DNA of 64,000 nucleotides from assembly GCF_009914755.1 (NCBI RefSeq), contig NC_060941.1; one strand, written 5' to 3'. The translations under genes were made by a program, and so were the position numbers. Under the pieces are notes generated by a model that saw only the letters and a program-made list of their open reading frames with translations, searched no databases and was not told the origin of the DNA. Positions 18,352 to 33,870 of the stretch are shown one piece after another. The DNA comes from the human T2T-CHM13v2.0 reference genome, Homo sapiens. How positions within the stretch are numbered: position 1 is the first letter of the stretch; every line of letters starts with the position of its first letter.

Positions 18352-18654
18352 TGAAGCCTCTCCCCTCGTTACTCTCCGATAAGGTCCTATGCTAAGGCCA
18401 GGACCTGGCCTTCCACTTTGATGGGACACAGCTAGCCCTAAAGTCATGAGGTACCCTTTCTTTTTGATTTTGGTGGTTGTCCTTAAGTGGCCTTGAGTTG
18501 TCTAAGCAGTGACAAGGCTTCCTTGTTTGTGCCAAGTGACCACTAAGAAGCTATGGGTGGCCGGGTGTGGTGGCTCACGCCTGTAATCTCAGCACTTATG
18601 GAGTCTGAGGTGGACAGATCACCTGAGGTCAGGAGTTCGAGATCAGCCTAGTTA

Positions 18655-18837
<183 letters not shown>

Positions 18838-18874
18838 TCAAAAATAAATAAATAAGGCTAGGCGTGGTGGCTCA

Positions 18875-19290
<416 letters not shown>

Positions 19291-19672
19291 TCAGCCTCTT
19301 GAGGTTTTTTGGTTAAATATTGTCCTCTCAGACAGTATGTATTGCAATGAGGCCTCTGTGAGTGTTGGTTTTATCTGCCTGCCACATGATGTCCCCAGAC
19401 TGGAGCCAGAGCACTAGAATCAGAAACATAGGAAAGGAAAGAAGGCTATCACTTTTGATTGCTTTGCTTTTGGCTTGCACTTTGTGTCAGCATATCTCTT
19501 CCAGGACACTGTAGAATATAGTGTCCTTCCTTCAAACAAAACACAAAATCTCCAAAGGAGAATAACTAAAGCTGAAATGCCAGTGGATGAAGGACCTCTC
19601 ACTGGGGTCTGCACTGTGGGGGCGAGGAAATCATCTGCCTATGGACCAAGCCAGAAAGACTTTCCTTGGGGC

Positions 19673-20689
19673 TATCTTAGTCCATTCGGGCTACTATAAC
19701 AGACTCCCATAGACTGGGTGGCTTACAAAAAACAGAAATTTATTTCTCAGCTGGGTATGGCGACTCACTCCTGCAATCCCAGCACTTTGGGAGGCCAAAG
19801 CAGGAGGATCACTTGAGCCCAGGAGTTTGAGACCAGCCTGGACAACTAAATGAGATCCCGTCTCCACAAAAACATTTTATATTAGCTGAGTGTGATGGCA
19901 TGTGCCTGCAGTCCCAGATACTCTGGAGGCTAAGGCTGGAGGACTGCATGGGCCCAGGAGGTCAAGGCTGCAGTGAGCTGTGATCATGCCACTGCACCCC
20001 AGCCTGGGTGACAGAGCAAGGCCATCTAAAAGAAAGAGAGAGAGAGAGAGAGAGAGGAGGGAGGAAGAGAGAGAGCAAGAGAGAGAGAGAGAGAGACAGG
20101 GGGGAAAAGAGAAAAGAAAAGAAAAGAAAAAGAAAGGAAAAAAATGAAAAAAGAAAAGAAAGCAAATTTATTTCTCATAGTTCTGGAGGCTGGGAAGTCC
20201 AAAATCAAGGTGCTGGCAGATTTGGTGTCTAGTGAGGGAGCTCTCAGGAGTTCCCCCGCCGTTTTTTTTTTTTTTTTTTTTTTTTTTGAGACAGAGTCTT
20301 GCTCTATCACCCAGGCTGGGGTGAAGTGGTGTGACCTGGGCTCACTGCAACCTCTGCCTCCCAGGTTCAAGCAATTCTTCCTGCCTCAGCCTCTTGAGTA
20401 GCTGGGATTATAGGTGCCTGCCACCATACCCAGCTAATTTTTGTATTTATTAGTACAGACGGGGTTTCACCATGTTGGCTAGGCTAGGCTGGTCTTGAAC
20501 TCCTGACCTCTGGTGATCCACCCAACTCAGCCTCCCAAAGTGCTAGGATTACAGTCCCTTTTATAAGGTCACTAATCTCATTCATGAAGGCTCTATCTTC
20601 ATGACCCAATCACCTCCCAGGACTGTCATATTGGGAGTTAGGATTTCAGTACATGAATTTTGGGAGAACACAAACATTCAGTCTATAGC
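19673..20689. mobile_element. MLT1A/MST-family MaLR LTR interrupted by two Alus and a GA-rich tail
   Basis: 'atttatttctcatagttctggaggctgggaagtccaaaatcaaggtgctggcagatttggtgtct' and terminal 'acaaacattcagtctatagc'. Confidence 0.7.
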
Positions 20690-21017
20690 GGAGACACACT
20701 GCTTCATAGGAGAGCACGAGGAACTCCTTTGGCAGCTTTCTGCGCTATCTGGGGACATTGTTCTCAAAAATTTGTTTTCTATCAGGCCTTGTCTCTCAAG
20801 TGTTTTTTTTTCCTGGGGGTTGAGGAGAATGGAGTGTTCTCATCAGTGCCATGGGCTGCTTCTGTCCTTCTCTCTTCTCTTCCACCTCACACACTCTGGT
20901 GAAGCAGCTGCTGGATAGTTCTGTTGAACCCACTATTGGGTCCGGGGCTTTGGGTTCCTGGAAGACCACCTGCTAAGCAGGAAGCCACCATCTTGTTAGG
21001 CTTGAGGAAACCTCTAA

Positions 21018-21188
<171 letters not shown>

Positions 21189-21227
21189 TAGCTGGGATTA
21201 TGGGCATGTGCCATCATGCCTGGCTAA

Positions 21228-21545
<318 letters not shown>

Positions 21546-22279
21546 TAATTTTTTTTTTTTTTTTTTTAGTAGAGACAGAGTTTCACCATGTTAGCCAGGA
21601 TGGTCACTATCTCCTGTCCCCGTGATCCGCCTGCCTCGGCCTCCCATAGTGCTGAGATTTACAGGCGTGACCCACTGTGCCTGGCCGCTTGCTTCCTATT
21701 TTCTATGAACTCATGGCACTACTGTTGAACCTTTCGAGGTTCCTCTCATGGCCCTGGAACCTGCTTTCCACTGTAAAACATTCTTTCATTCTTTCTTCCG
21801 AAATTGCATCCTTATCTTAGCTAAGCAAAACTATTTTCTGAATAAACTATCTCCCTGATGGTTTTTCAGATAGAGACTGCTGTAGGAGAAGAAAGATTTC
21901 CATGTTCTCCTAGCTCCTCACATACTCAATGACTACTTTCCTGTTACTCCAAACCCTTCCTCCTCACAAGCTAATATTCTACATTCTATTTGTCAGTTTC
22001 TGTCATTAATAGCTCTCTAGGCTGTTCTCCCACATTCAATGACTATCTACAGCCAACCTATCCAAAACCTGAGATCACACCAAGGTATGGTGTGGCCACG
22101 TTCCATTCAACAGAGTTCTTTGCTTTCTACTCCAAGACTTGCACTTGTCCATACCCCTAACTGTGCTGCTCCATACTAGAAGTCTTAACATTGTAATGCT
22201 CCACTCTTGGCCGTGGCTTCCTCTTTTAGTTCCTTTTCTCTTCGTGTTTCTACTTAGGGACTCATCAAGACATCTACAC

Positions 22280-22286
22280 TCTCTCC

Positions 22287-22337
<51 letters not shown>

Positions 22338-22462
22338 TCCTTTCTTTCTCTTTCTTTCCTCTCTTTCTTTCTTTCCCTTTCTTCTCTTTCTTTCTCTTTC
22401 TTTTCCTTCTTTTCTCTCTCTCTCTCTCCCTCTCTCTCTCTCTCTCCTCTTTCTTTCTTTCT
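22280..22462. repeat. (CTTT)n/(CT)n polypyrimidine microsatellite
   Basis: Directly visible. Confidence 0.95.
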
Positions 22463-22559
22463 TATGCATATATCTCACCTAAGACATCCAGACTTGAACT
22501 TTTCACATCTTCTCCCAATTTATCAGTTGCTCTCTTTGCTTCCTGCTTCCATTTCCTAG

Positions 22560-22979
<420 letters not shown>

Positions 22980-23544
22980 TGATCCACCCGCCTTGGCCTC
23001 CCAAAGTGCTGGGATTACAGGCGTGAGCCACTGCACCCGGCCAAGCTTTACAACTTTATTTTTAGGGACAGGGTCTCACTTTTTTGCCCACTACTGCAGC
23101 TTCCAGGAGAAAAAGTTATTCGCCTCTGCCGTGGAATATTCTATAGCCTAATCCACGTGAGCAAAAGACACAACTCTACCAAGATATAAAATGTGTACTA
23201 CATATACAGTCATGTGAGCACTAGGCTGTGACCTCGAATGCCAACAACTATGGCCAAATTACTGACAGACATAAGCCTGAGAACTAAGCCAGACACTCAA
23301 CAGAAACAAGCCTCCCTTTTCAGAGACATTTTCTAAAACCATAAAAATAAGAGACAAAAATTAGGACATATTCAGGTAACAAGAGCTTCCTTCCCCCAGA
23401 TAATTTCTGTTGTATAAAACCCAGAGATTAAAAACAACGATATTGGATTAGAAAAAAAAAAAAAAAAACCTTAGTCTTTCAATAAAAAGAAGAATGGGAC
23501 AAATTTAACCCAAAACACATCATCATCATTTTTCTTGAAAATAC

Positions 23545-23826
23545 GATAGTTCCCTTTTATCTGAGAGGGATCCATTCTGAGACCCCCCCCAGTGGATACG
23601 CTGAAACCATGGACAACACCAAACTTTATATATACTATGTTTTGTTCTGTACATACATACTCATGGTAAAGTTTAATTTATAAACTAGGCACAGAAAAAG
23701 ATTAATACCAGAACAATTATAACATACTCTAATAGAAGTTACATGAACGTAGTCTCTTTTCTCTAAAAATATCTTATTGTACTGTACCACTGGTAACTCA
23801 AACTGCGGATAAGGGGGGACTGTTGT
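23545..23826. mobile_element. MER44-like (Tigger-derived) DNA transposon remnant inside the YWHAE-derived intron piece
   Basis: Terminal 'gcggataaggggggactgttg' with a degenerate inverted copy 'gatagttcccttttatctg'. Confidence 0.6.
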
Positions 23827-23839
23827 ACAACAGTCTCAC

Positions 23840-24038
23840 CATTTGCCGGTATTTCCGAATCATTTTTAGCTTGTCTTCTCCTCCCTTGTTCCTTCTTTCT
23901 GTTCAAGGCTGCTGATTATTCTCCAGGAGGCTCTTCTAGCTCCAATCACATTCTTATATGTAACAGATAGGAGGTTTCTTTCTTCAGCTGTCAGCTCCAC
24001 ATCCATCCCTGCTAATTTCTTCACTGACTCCACCATTT
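23840..24038 (-). pseudogene. Unprocessed YWHAE (14-3-3 epsilon) exon-2 duplicate with a 1-nt deletion: [48 protein letters not shown] then frameshift
   Basis: Reverse complement reads ttttcccttatag|AAATGGTGGAG...CGGCAAATG|gtgag; contains the 14-3-3 signature [23 protein letters not shown]; 199 nt against 200 nt expected for the parent exon. Confidence 0.92.
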
Positions 24039-24058
24039 CTATAAGGGAAAAGCAAAAT

Positions 24059-25150
24059 CCCGGGTCCCTCAGACAAAAGGGCGGGTGGAGGAGGAGAAGC
24101 CGAGAGTCCTGCTCCGGCGCCGCCGGAGCACCGCCTGCCTCAGCCGACCAGCGCCGTCGACTACTGGGCCTAGCCCAGACGAGAGGAGGGAAAGGCCGCA
24201 GAGGCCGCGAGGATGCTGCGGAGGCGCGGGCGGCCGGCTGCCGCCTAGTTGTGCAGCCCAGACCAAGGAAAGAGAAGTGGGAGGAGCGGGGAGCTCGGCG
24301 TCCCGCGTCCTCCGCGGCTCAGGACGACTACGCTCGGCACGTCCGGGACCCTCCGGCCGTGGCGGTTGCAGCGCCAAAAGCTCGGGCCTCAGCCCCTGAC
24401 GCTGTGGTGACTCCGCCGCGCCTCGCCGTCGCCCCTGTCCCCGTCCTGCCCGCCGCCTCCGCCGCTGGGGACATGTCCAACCCCGGAAGCCGGAGGAACG
24501 GGCCCGTCAAGCTGCACCTGACAGGTGAGGGGGAGCGCCGGGCCGGGCTGGGCAGCCGCCGGGTGGGCGAGCTGGCGGGGGGTGCCTGTTGACTTGGGAA
24601 GGGCCAGGATCGCGATCAATGGTGAGTTGGGGGTTGGAGGAATGGGAAGGCCTAGTTCAGGGAGAGTAATTGGAAAACCACTCGCTCCGGTTTGGACATT
24701 CTTTAAAAAGCCGAGGATGACTTGGGGAGGGGGGGTGGTCTTTTGTGGAGGGGAGGTTACATCGGTTCGCATCGCAGGCGGATTTCAGGTCCGAAAGTCT
24801 TGGTCAAGGAGCCCGATGCTGCCTCTCGGGGCTCGGGGAGGAGCCCCTGGGCTACCGCCCAGGTGGGATCGTGAAGGGGATGAAGAGCTCTCGTGGCGAG
24901 GATTATTGAATCCGGTTGCTGACTGCGCGCAACTTTAAGGAGTGTTTACTCCTTAAAGATGGAGCGCTTAACGGAAGTGTGTGCGTGTGTGTTCCCGGGT
25001 TGTTACCTTGCACACCTACTTATGCCCGCGTGCAAAATCCTTACTCTCCGCCTCCGGCTACCGCTGCCGGGGCCGCACACCTTAAACTCACGTCTCTCTG
25101 AGGAGAGGAGACTGAGGTTGACTTTTCCCGTGTGCCTGTCTGATCCGACG
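24059..25150. promoter_or_regulatory. CpG island: duplicated SMURF2 promoter, 5' UTR and start of intron 1
   Basis: Abrupt switch to GC/CpG-rich sequence at ~24059; GC box gggcgg near 24078; surrounds the SMURF2-like ATG. Confidence 0.9.
24473..24524 (+). pseudogene. SMURF2-derived exon 1 coding part MSNPGSRRNGPVKLHLT
   Basis: SMURF2 begins MSNPGGRRNGPVKLRLT; donor ACAG|gtgagg intact. Confidence 0.95.
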
Positions 25151-27242
25151 GCTCGGGCTCATTGTACACTGTGTTTTGGAAGTGTCTGATTGTAGGGTGG
25201 CATGTTTGGGGTTGTACCTTGTAGGCCGCAGAACTTGTGTCACTTCTAACTCCAGACCTGCTTTAAAAACACACTTTTTGGGGGGGGTGGGGAGGGGGTA
25301 CTTTTCTAACTATGTGCTCATACAAACTTTAGAGCAAACTTTCTCTTACTCTCCCCACCCTCCCCCTTCCTTTTTCTAAATGGAAAATAATGTCCGGAGG
25401 GGTTGCTAGATAGAAGACTACACTTACAAAGTGTTTATGATTCCAGGCGCATGAAATCTTTAACATTACAGGTACATTTTTGCTTACAGTGCCATTTTTG
25501 GTATTCTTACATGGACATGTCACCCCCATTTTAGGAAAACTTGTATTTGGTTTGAAAAGGAATTGAAATCACGACGTTATCCTACCTTCACCATTTACCC
25601 CTGATAAATTGTCCACGTTTATATTCGGATGAGTGGTGAGAAAGATAATTTTCCGTAGAGGATTTGTGTGTGCGTGCACGTGTACGAATAAACTGTAATT
25701 ATGTTTGCCCACACTAGACTTTGAGATTTATTTGGGCTAATTTTGTAGTTGAATGCATGTGTGTCAGATCCCAGTACAGCTAGATGAAAACTTGCAGTGA
25801 ATTTGGTATTTGAGAATTTAGCTTGAATGTCTGTTGGCTGCGATTTAAATAATACATGACCTTCATGACAAGTTTTGCTTTCCCTAAGGAAAAATGCAGG
25901 GAATCATTAACTGAGTGGTTCTTAATGGAAAACCTGGATTGGAGGATACTTGTATTTCCCCCCAACTTCCCCCCATTCAATGTCCTTATATTGGGAGAAG
26001 TCAGTGGAAACCTTTTTAGGGGATCTTTGTTGCTTTAGAGTTTATCTGTTGCTATCTGGAATCAGTGATCATCGAAAGAACATGCGATCCCAGGTGTGCA
26101 GAAAGCATCAGAAATAAGCTGTTTCCATTTACTTCCCTCAAGGCTACATAGAGAAAATGAGGGAAAAAATAGGGATTTTGATTTTCTGCAGATAAAATGA
26201 GTTGAGGTTTTAAGTATGACTCAGTAGATCTTAAAGTGTTTATCTGTGGTTTCCGTACTGCCTATGATACATTATAAAAATTTATAAGTAAAGTTTGTTA
26301 AGAGGAAAGATTATGCTTATATTTTAGGGGAAGAGGGAATATTGAACTACATTTATAGAGTGATTTTGTTTCAGGTTTTTCTGAGGATTTTTTAAATACC
26401 CTGTGTCCACTTAATAGTAAAAACAGTTTGAGGTACTCTGAGTTTCTTACAACTATTTGTCTCTGAATAGTTTTCTCTTAAAATTTGACAAATGTTAAAA
26501 ACATTGTCCTTCCTCCTTTGGTTACAGTGGAGTCTTCTGTTTTGCCAGGAAAGTGAACTTTTTTTTTTTCATTTTTGTTCATCATTTACAAATTAGATGG
26601 GATATATTTTAGCAAATAGATCTCAAGAGCTGGATTTAATTAGCAGCTTTTTAGGACATAAACATTAAAGGTTAGATGGAAAAGATTGTTTTGACTGACA
26701 GGATAAATGACAGGGCTGTGTTTGATGTGCGTCCAGGAATTGGTCTGGAGCTGGTGCCCAACTTCTCAGTCCATCTTGAGAAGCCAAATAAAATATTTAA
26801 CCTAGGCCTCATTTTGTTTTTTTAAAAAAAGTTGATTCTTTGTAAAAACCTTAAGAAATGTTTGGCATACCTTTAGACTAAGTGTTTAACAATTCGTTTA
26901 GACCTGGGTTCCCTAATAGAGGAAAAAAAATCACTTAAAAAAAGACAGATCTCACAGTGAATTTATATTTGGTTTACAATACACTTGGGCTATAAGATGT
27001 TTTAAAATTATTGTTCTTTGCTTTAAGTTAATACCATGTTAGTATTTTACATTTATAGAGTATCTTTGATTTCAAGATGCTGTATAAACTTTAGTTACTT
27101 GGTAATAACCTTATTGTGGAATTGCCCTTTTACTGAAAGGTATAAACATTTCTTGCATGGTGACACACACACACACACACACTCTCTCACACACTCATAC
27201 ACACTCTCTCTTTCTGAAGAAGAGGAAATATTTGAACCATGA

Positions 27243-27519
<277 letters not shown>

Positions 27520-28229
27520 TAGTGATCCGCCCACCTCGGCCTCCCAAAGTGCTGGGATTACAGGCGTGAGCCACCACGCCTGGCCACCACATATTATTCT
27601 TAAAACCACAATCAGTGAACTGTTTGGTATTTGTCAGTGCTAAGAAGGTGGGGCTAATTTAATAATTTGATCCCAAATTTTAGATTCCTCAGGCAATTGG
27701 GGGTTAGAATCCAATTTCATCCATCAAGCTACTTCTGTTCTTTGTGACACATTAACATATGATCATTAAAATGGGGTGTATAGTAACACCATCAACTTCA
27801 ACTAATATTTCTAGAACAAATTGATTATAAAGTGTATAATTTCTATATTATACCTATATGACTGTCAGATACAGGCTTTTCTTACAATGGTTTGGATAGA
27901 AAAATATTCTTTACAGTAAAAACTTTAGGGTAATTTTTAGACCATTATTGTTTTTGAAAACCAAAGGCTGCAAAAAGCAGTTTAGTGTAATTTCTAATAT
28001 TTTAAATTCTTAGGTATAGAGAAGTAGAATAAGATTACTCCTCCAGAACATTTATTTCAGACCTTTTTATAAATTTAATGTTTTTGTATGCTGCTTCTCA
28101 TATTATTAATTTCAAAGCCCTTGGCAATAAGGAGGTTAACCTTGTCTATAATGTAAGGAAGTTTAACTTTAAAAATTTCCCTTTAGATATGCTAGCGTCT
28201 TAATCTTGTTTCACTACATATTTTATTAA

Positions 28230-28496
<267 letters not shown>

Positions 28497-28884
28497 TAGC
28501 CAGGATGGCCTCTATCTCCTGATCTCGTGATCCGCCAGCCTCGGCCTCCCAAAATGCTGGGATTACAGGCGTGAGCCACCACACCCAGCCAAGAAATTTT
28601 TTAAATGCAAAGTTCTCTAGCCACTTTGTATTTACCACTAGATGTCTCACTAACTTCAGGAAACCTGATAGCTTTTGGCCACATTAGAGTAACTTGGTTC
28701 TCAATTAAATTTTTGTAGAATAATATGATCAGGTTAAGTTGAAACCTATTTTTTAAATTAAGATATTGAACTTGTATTTTTGTTTATTGTGTTATTTAAC
28801 AGAAAGGAAACATAAAAGGCTGTGACTTTCCTACTTAATTAAGGATCTGGAAGCCACATTTTGTATGGAAAAAGGTTTTCTTTT

Positions 28885-29830
28885 ATTTTTTTATTTCAGT
28901 AGATTTTGAGGGAACAGATGGTGTTTGATTACGTGAATAAGTACTTTAGTGGTGATTTCTGAGATTTTGGTGGACCCATCACCCAAGCAGTGTACACAGT
29001 ACCCAGTGTGTAGTCTTTTATCCCTCACTACCCCTACCCTTTCCCACAGTCCCTATAGTCCAGTGTATCATTCTTATGCCTTTGCATCCTCATAGCTTAG
29101 CTCCCCCATGTGACTGAGAACATACAATGTTAGGTTTTTCATTCTTGAGTTACTTCACTTAGAATAATAGTCTCCGATTTTATCCAGGTTGCTGTGAATG
29201 CTATTATTTCTTTTTATGGCTGAATAGTATTCCATGGTGTATATATATGTGTATATATGTGTGTGTGTATGTTTGTGTGTGTGTGTATACATACCACATT
29301 TTCTTTATCCACTCATTGACTGATAAGTATTTGGGCTGGTTCCATATTTTTGCAATTGCAAATTGTGCTGCTATAAACATGCGTGTGCAAGAATCTTTTT
29401 TGTATAATGACTTCTTTTCCTCTGGGTAGGTACCCAGTAGTGGGATTGCTGGATCAAATGGTAGATCTACTTTTAGTTCTTTAAGGAATCTCCACACTGT
29501 TTTCCGTAGTGGTTGTACTAGTTTACATTACCACCAGCAGTGTAAAAGTGTTCCCTTTTCACTGCATCCATGCCAACATCTGTTTGTTTGTTTTTTATTT
29601 TTTGATTATGGCCATTCTTGCAGGAGTGAGGTGGCATCGCATTGTAGTTCTGATTTGCATTTCCCTGATACTTAGTGATGTTGAGCATTTTTCCATAAGC
29701 TTGTTGGCCTATCTTGGTTGGTATATCTTCTTTTGAGAATTGTCTATTCATGTCTTTAACCCACTTTTTGATGGAATTGTTTGTTTTTTTTTTCTTGCTG
29801 ATTTGTTTGCATACTTTGTAGATTCTGGAT
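28885..29830 (-). mobile_element. 5'-truncated L1 (L1PB-like): ORF2 C-terminus and 3' UTR
   Basis: ORF 29204-29497 [21 protein letters not shown]...CTRMFIAAQFAIAKIWNQPK is the L1 ORF2p C-terminus. Confidence 0.92.
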
Positions 29831-31312
29831 ATTAGTCCTTTGTCAGATGTTTTTCTTAATCCTTAATTTTTTTTCCCCCCTGAGATACGGTCTTGCTTTG
29901 TCAACCAGGATGTAGTGCAGTGGCATGATCGTGGCTTACTGCAGCCTCAGCCTCCCAGGCTCAAGCGATCCTCCCACCTCAGCCTCCTGAGTAGCTGAGA
30001 CTACAGACGTATGCCACCACCCTTGGCTAACTTTTAAATTTTTTTTGTAGAGGTGGGGTCTTACTGTGTTGCCCAGGCTGGTCTCAAACTCCTGGGCTCA
30101 AGTGATCCTTTCGCCTCAGCCTCCCAAAGTGCTGGGATTACAGGCATGAGCCACTGTGCCTGACTAATTTTTAATTCTTTTTATTTTAATTTTTTAAAAA
30201 AGCAAGAAACCAGCAGAGAGATTTAATTCTTCAACTAGTTTAATAACACCCAAAGGGAAAGTATAGAAATGTGATTTTTTGTTTTTGCTTATAAACATAA
30301 ATTTATATGTTTAAGTAGTAGAGCGGAAGTAACAAGATGGAGTAAATACTTCCCAGGAGGAAATACTTCATGAATTGAGGGTGGAGGTAAAAACATTCTT
30401 CCATTGAACACATTTATAAATGGTTAGGTGTTATTGAAATACTATGCATAACACTCAGCTTCAAGAACAATATAGTCAAATAGATTTAATACCCTAACTT
30501 ACCAAGTTTGTTTGAAACATAACCCTTAAGTTTTGGTCTTCCTTTATTATTTGAAGGTGATAGATCACAGAATCATAGAATTGGGGAACTGATAGGTGAT
30601 TTGTCTGTCCTTGAACCTTGGCAAATTAGTATCTTAAAAAAATTAGCATTGATACCAACATGCAAAATTTCTTCAGTCACCAACACTTAACACTGTTTTG
30701 TTGTACTATTTTCAGCTGTCCACAGGAAATCTACTGTATTCCAATATGTCTAACATGTGAAGTGTCATTTTTGTCTAACATTTTTAGTTCCACCTTTTAA
30801 ATTTTTGTCAAAAAAATCATTTTCATTATGGCTTTGGGCCGAAAACTGTATTGTCATCTTTGATACAAGTTTCTTATTGATTTGTATTAGATCTTTCAGA
30901 ATAGCTCTCTTAATTTTCATTTCCTTTCCCTTTCCATATGACTTTCCTCGTTCAGGGTCTTTTCATCCTACTGTTGGATGATTACAACAGCTTCATATAT
31001 GGTCGCCTCTAATCTTTCTTTCTCCTAGTGGGCCCTGAATACCACTGATAGGAAAATATGACTGTAATTACAGCCATGCTCAAGAACCTGAAATGGCTCC
31101 CTGTTATCTACCTCAATCAGTCCAAGCCCTATTGTCTGACTTCTAAGCTCCTCTTACTGGCTCATGCATATTTCCAACAGTATTTACTTTTACACCTTAG
31201 CACAAACTCTTTGGTTAGACTCTTCAAAGTCTTTTAAATACTACATTGTCATACCCTCGTTGGCGCTCTTCCATTGCTAGGAAAGTCCTCCTTTTCCTGT
31301 ATGTATTTAAAG

Positions 31313-31648
31313 CAGCAGTCCCCAACCTTTTTGGCACAGGGACTGGTTTTGTGCAAGACAGTTTTTCCAAGGATGTGGGGAGCAGGGGATGTGTTGGGAT
31401 GAAACTGTTCCATCTCAGATCATCAGGCATTAGATTCTTGTAAGGAGCGCACAACCTAGATCCCTTGCACGCGCAGTTCACAATAGGGTTCCAGCTCCTA
31501 TGAGCATCTAATGCTGCTGCTGATCTGACAGAAGGTGGAGCTCAGGCCATAATGCTTGCTCTCCTGCTGCTCACCTCCTGCTGTGTGGCCCGGTTGTAAC
31601 AGGCCACAAACTTGTACCGGCCCATGGTCCAGGGGTTGGAGACCCCTG
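31313..31648. mobile_element. MER1B (hAT-Charlie) non-autonomous DNA transposon
   Basis: TIRs cagcagtccccaacc / ggttggagacccctg; 8-bp TSD atttaaag/ctttaaag. Confidence 0.85.
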
Positions 31649-32615
31649 CTTTAAAGCCCAGATGAGTTCCCCTCTCCCCTAAAGCCCTTTCTTTACTGTT
31701 CAGATTCAAGTTGTTCTCCTGATTTTCTGAGCTCTTACTTGTACTCACTGTTGAACCATGTAGTAAATGAGAGGTAAAATCCAGCATAGTGGTTAAGATC
31801 ATGAAGTCGAGAGCCAGATGGGTTTAGCATCTATACTTTAGACCCTGGCTCTGCCACTTACTACTGTGTGACCTTGGGCTACTTAATTGACCCCCTTGTG
31901 CCTTAGTTTCCTCATCAGTAAAATAGGGAAAATAATAATATCTACCTTAGAGGGTTATTGTAAGGATTAAGGATGAATGTAAAGTATTTAGAATAGTACC
32001 TAACATAGTGATATGCGTTTACATTATAATCAGTATCACTAAGCACTTGTTTATTCTCAGGTATTTTTGTTTCTGGTTTTTGTTTTTGTTTTGCGTATAG
32101 TATTTTTTAATCTTTCCACTTAGATAGTAAGCTCTTTTAAGCCAGAGTGTTACATCTTTTGTTTCGGTCTCATTTTTCTTGGTAGTTATTCAGCAAAACC
32201 CATTTTCTAATTTGATTTCTCTGTAGCCTGTGTTCCTGTATAAAAACCTCTAATAAGCTCTCCTTTAAATGAGCTACTGAGGGAGACATTTGGAAAGAAA
32301 AAGCCATGAATGGTTACAAGAATTCACCTTCCTGGGGTCAGAGGGCTGGTAACAACTTACAAAAACTTCCACCTTATGAATTAGTCTCTAGATTTTGGTA
32401 GTTTAAACTGGGAACATTTTGAGGCAGAAACGAGACAAGTATAGTTTTGGTGTTTTATATAGAAGTAACTTTTAGTCTTTTTTAAAAAAATGGAATATTC
32501 ATTTATAGCTGTTAAACTTTTTTAAAAATAATGGAATAATCTTTTGTAGCAAATGGAATGTTTGTATAATCTATCTCACATGTCAAATTATTAATTTCAA
32601 AAATCTTTTTCACAG

Positions 32616-32724
32616 GACTTCCTGATCCATTTGCTAAGGTGGTGGTTGATGGATCTGGGCAATGCCATTCTATAGATACTGTGAAGAATATGCTCGATCC
32701 AAAGTGGAATCAGCATTATGACCT
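32616..32724 (+). pseudogene. SMURF2-derived exon 3, LPDPFAKVVVDGSGQCHSIDTVKNMLDPKWNQHYDL
   Basis: ttttcacag|GA acceptor, CT|gtagg donor, 109 nt. Confidence 0.95.
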
Positions 32725-33319
32725 GTAGGTTTAAACGATTAGTTTGAAATGAAACATATAATTAATATTACTTGATATAGTCTTTGAAAAGAATCGTGGG
32801 AAATGATCTGAGTTTCATCTATGCTATAATTTGGTCTTCACAAAAGGTGTAAAGAAAAGCCCAGTGGGAATGTGCTTTGGTTTATAGACAGGTTTTGAAA
32901 GATGAGGTATCCCTAAAATTCTATGAAGAACAAAATGAAACTGGCTCACAGTAGAGCAGTCCCCCCAACTTTTTTCAATTAAATAAAGGTATTAATTCAC
33001 CACTTTAGACCAATTATAAAACCAGAAATCAGAATTTTGATTACACTGAATAGGCATTCTTTTTGCCTTTATGTAGAGGGTTTCTTTCTTTTAAATTTTA
33101 TTTTAATCATAGGAGTATATGCACCATTTAAAAAAGGCAAATGATACTATAAAGGTTTTATGGAAAACAGCAAGGTCCCTGGTCCTTTCTCATTCCTGAT
33201 TCCCATCCTCAAGGCAACTGCTCTAATAACTTTGGCTGTTTATTCTGGTATTTTCATCTGTTTCTAGATATGTTCCTTATTTTATACCATCACAGTTTTC
33301 TTTTTTCAGTTTTATGTAA

Positions 33320-33555
<236 letters not shown>

Positions 33556-33696
33556 TGATCTGCCTGACTCGGCCTCCGAAAGTGCTAGGATTACAGATGT
33601 GAGCCACTGCGCCCAGCCTAGTTTTAGATATTTTCGAATTTCCTACATAGAAGATAATTCAGCTTTATTTTTTATTAAAAATTCTTTTAAAATTAG

Positions 33697-33870
<174 letters not shown>

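Noticed and set aside
24069-25189. Several overlapping Arg/Pro/Gly-rich ORFs
   Set aside because: Expected in a stop-poor CpG island; only the 52-nt SMURF2 exon-1 segment has homology support.
29204-29751. L1 ORF2-like ORFs
   Set aside because: Truncated, frameshifted old L1 remnant; not an active element.
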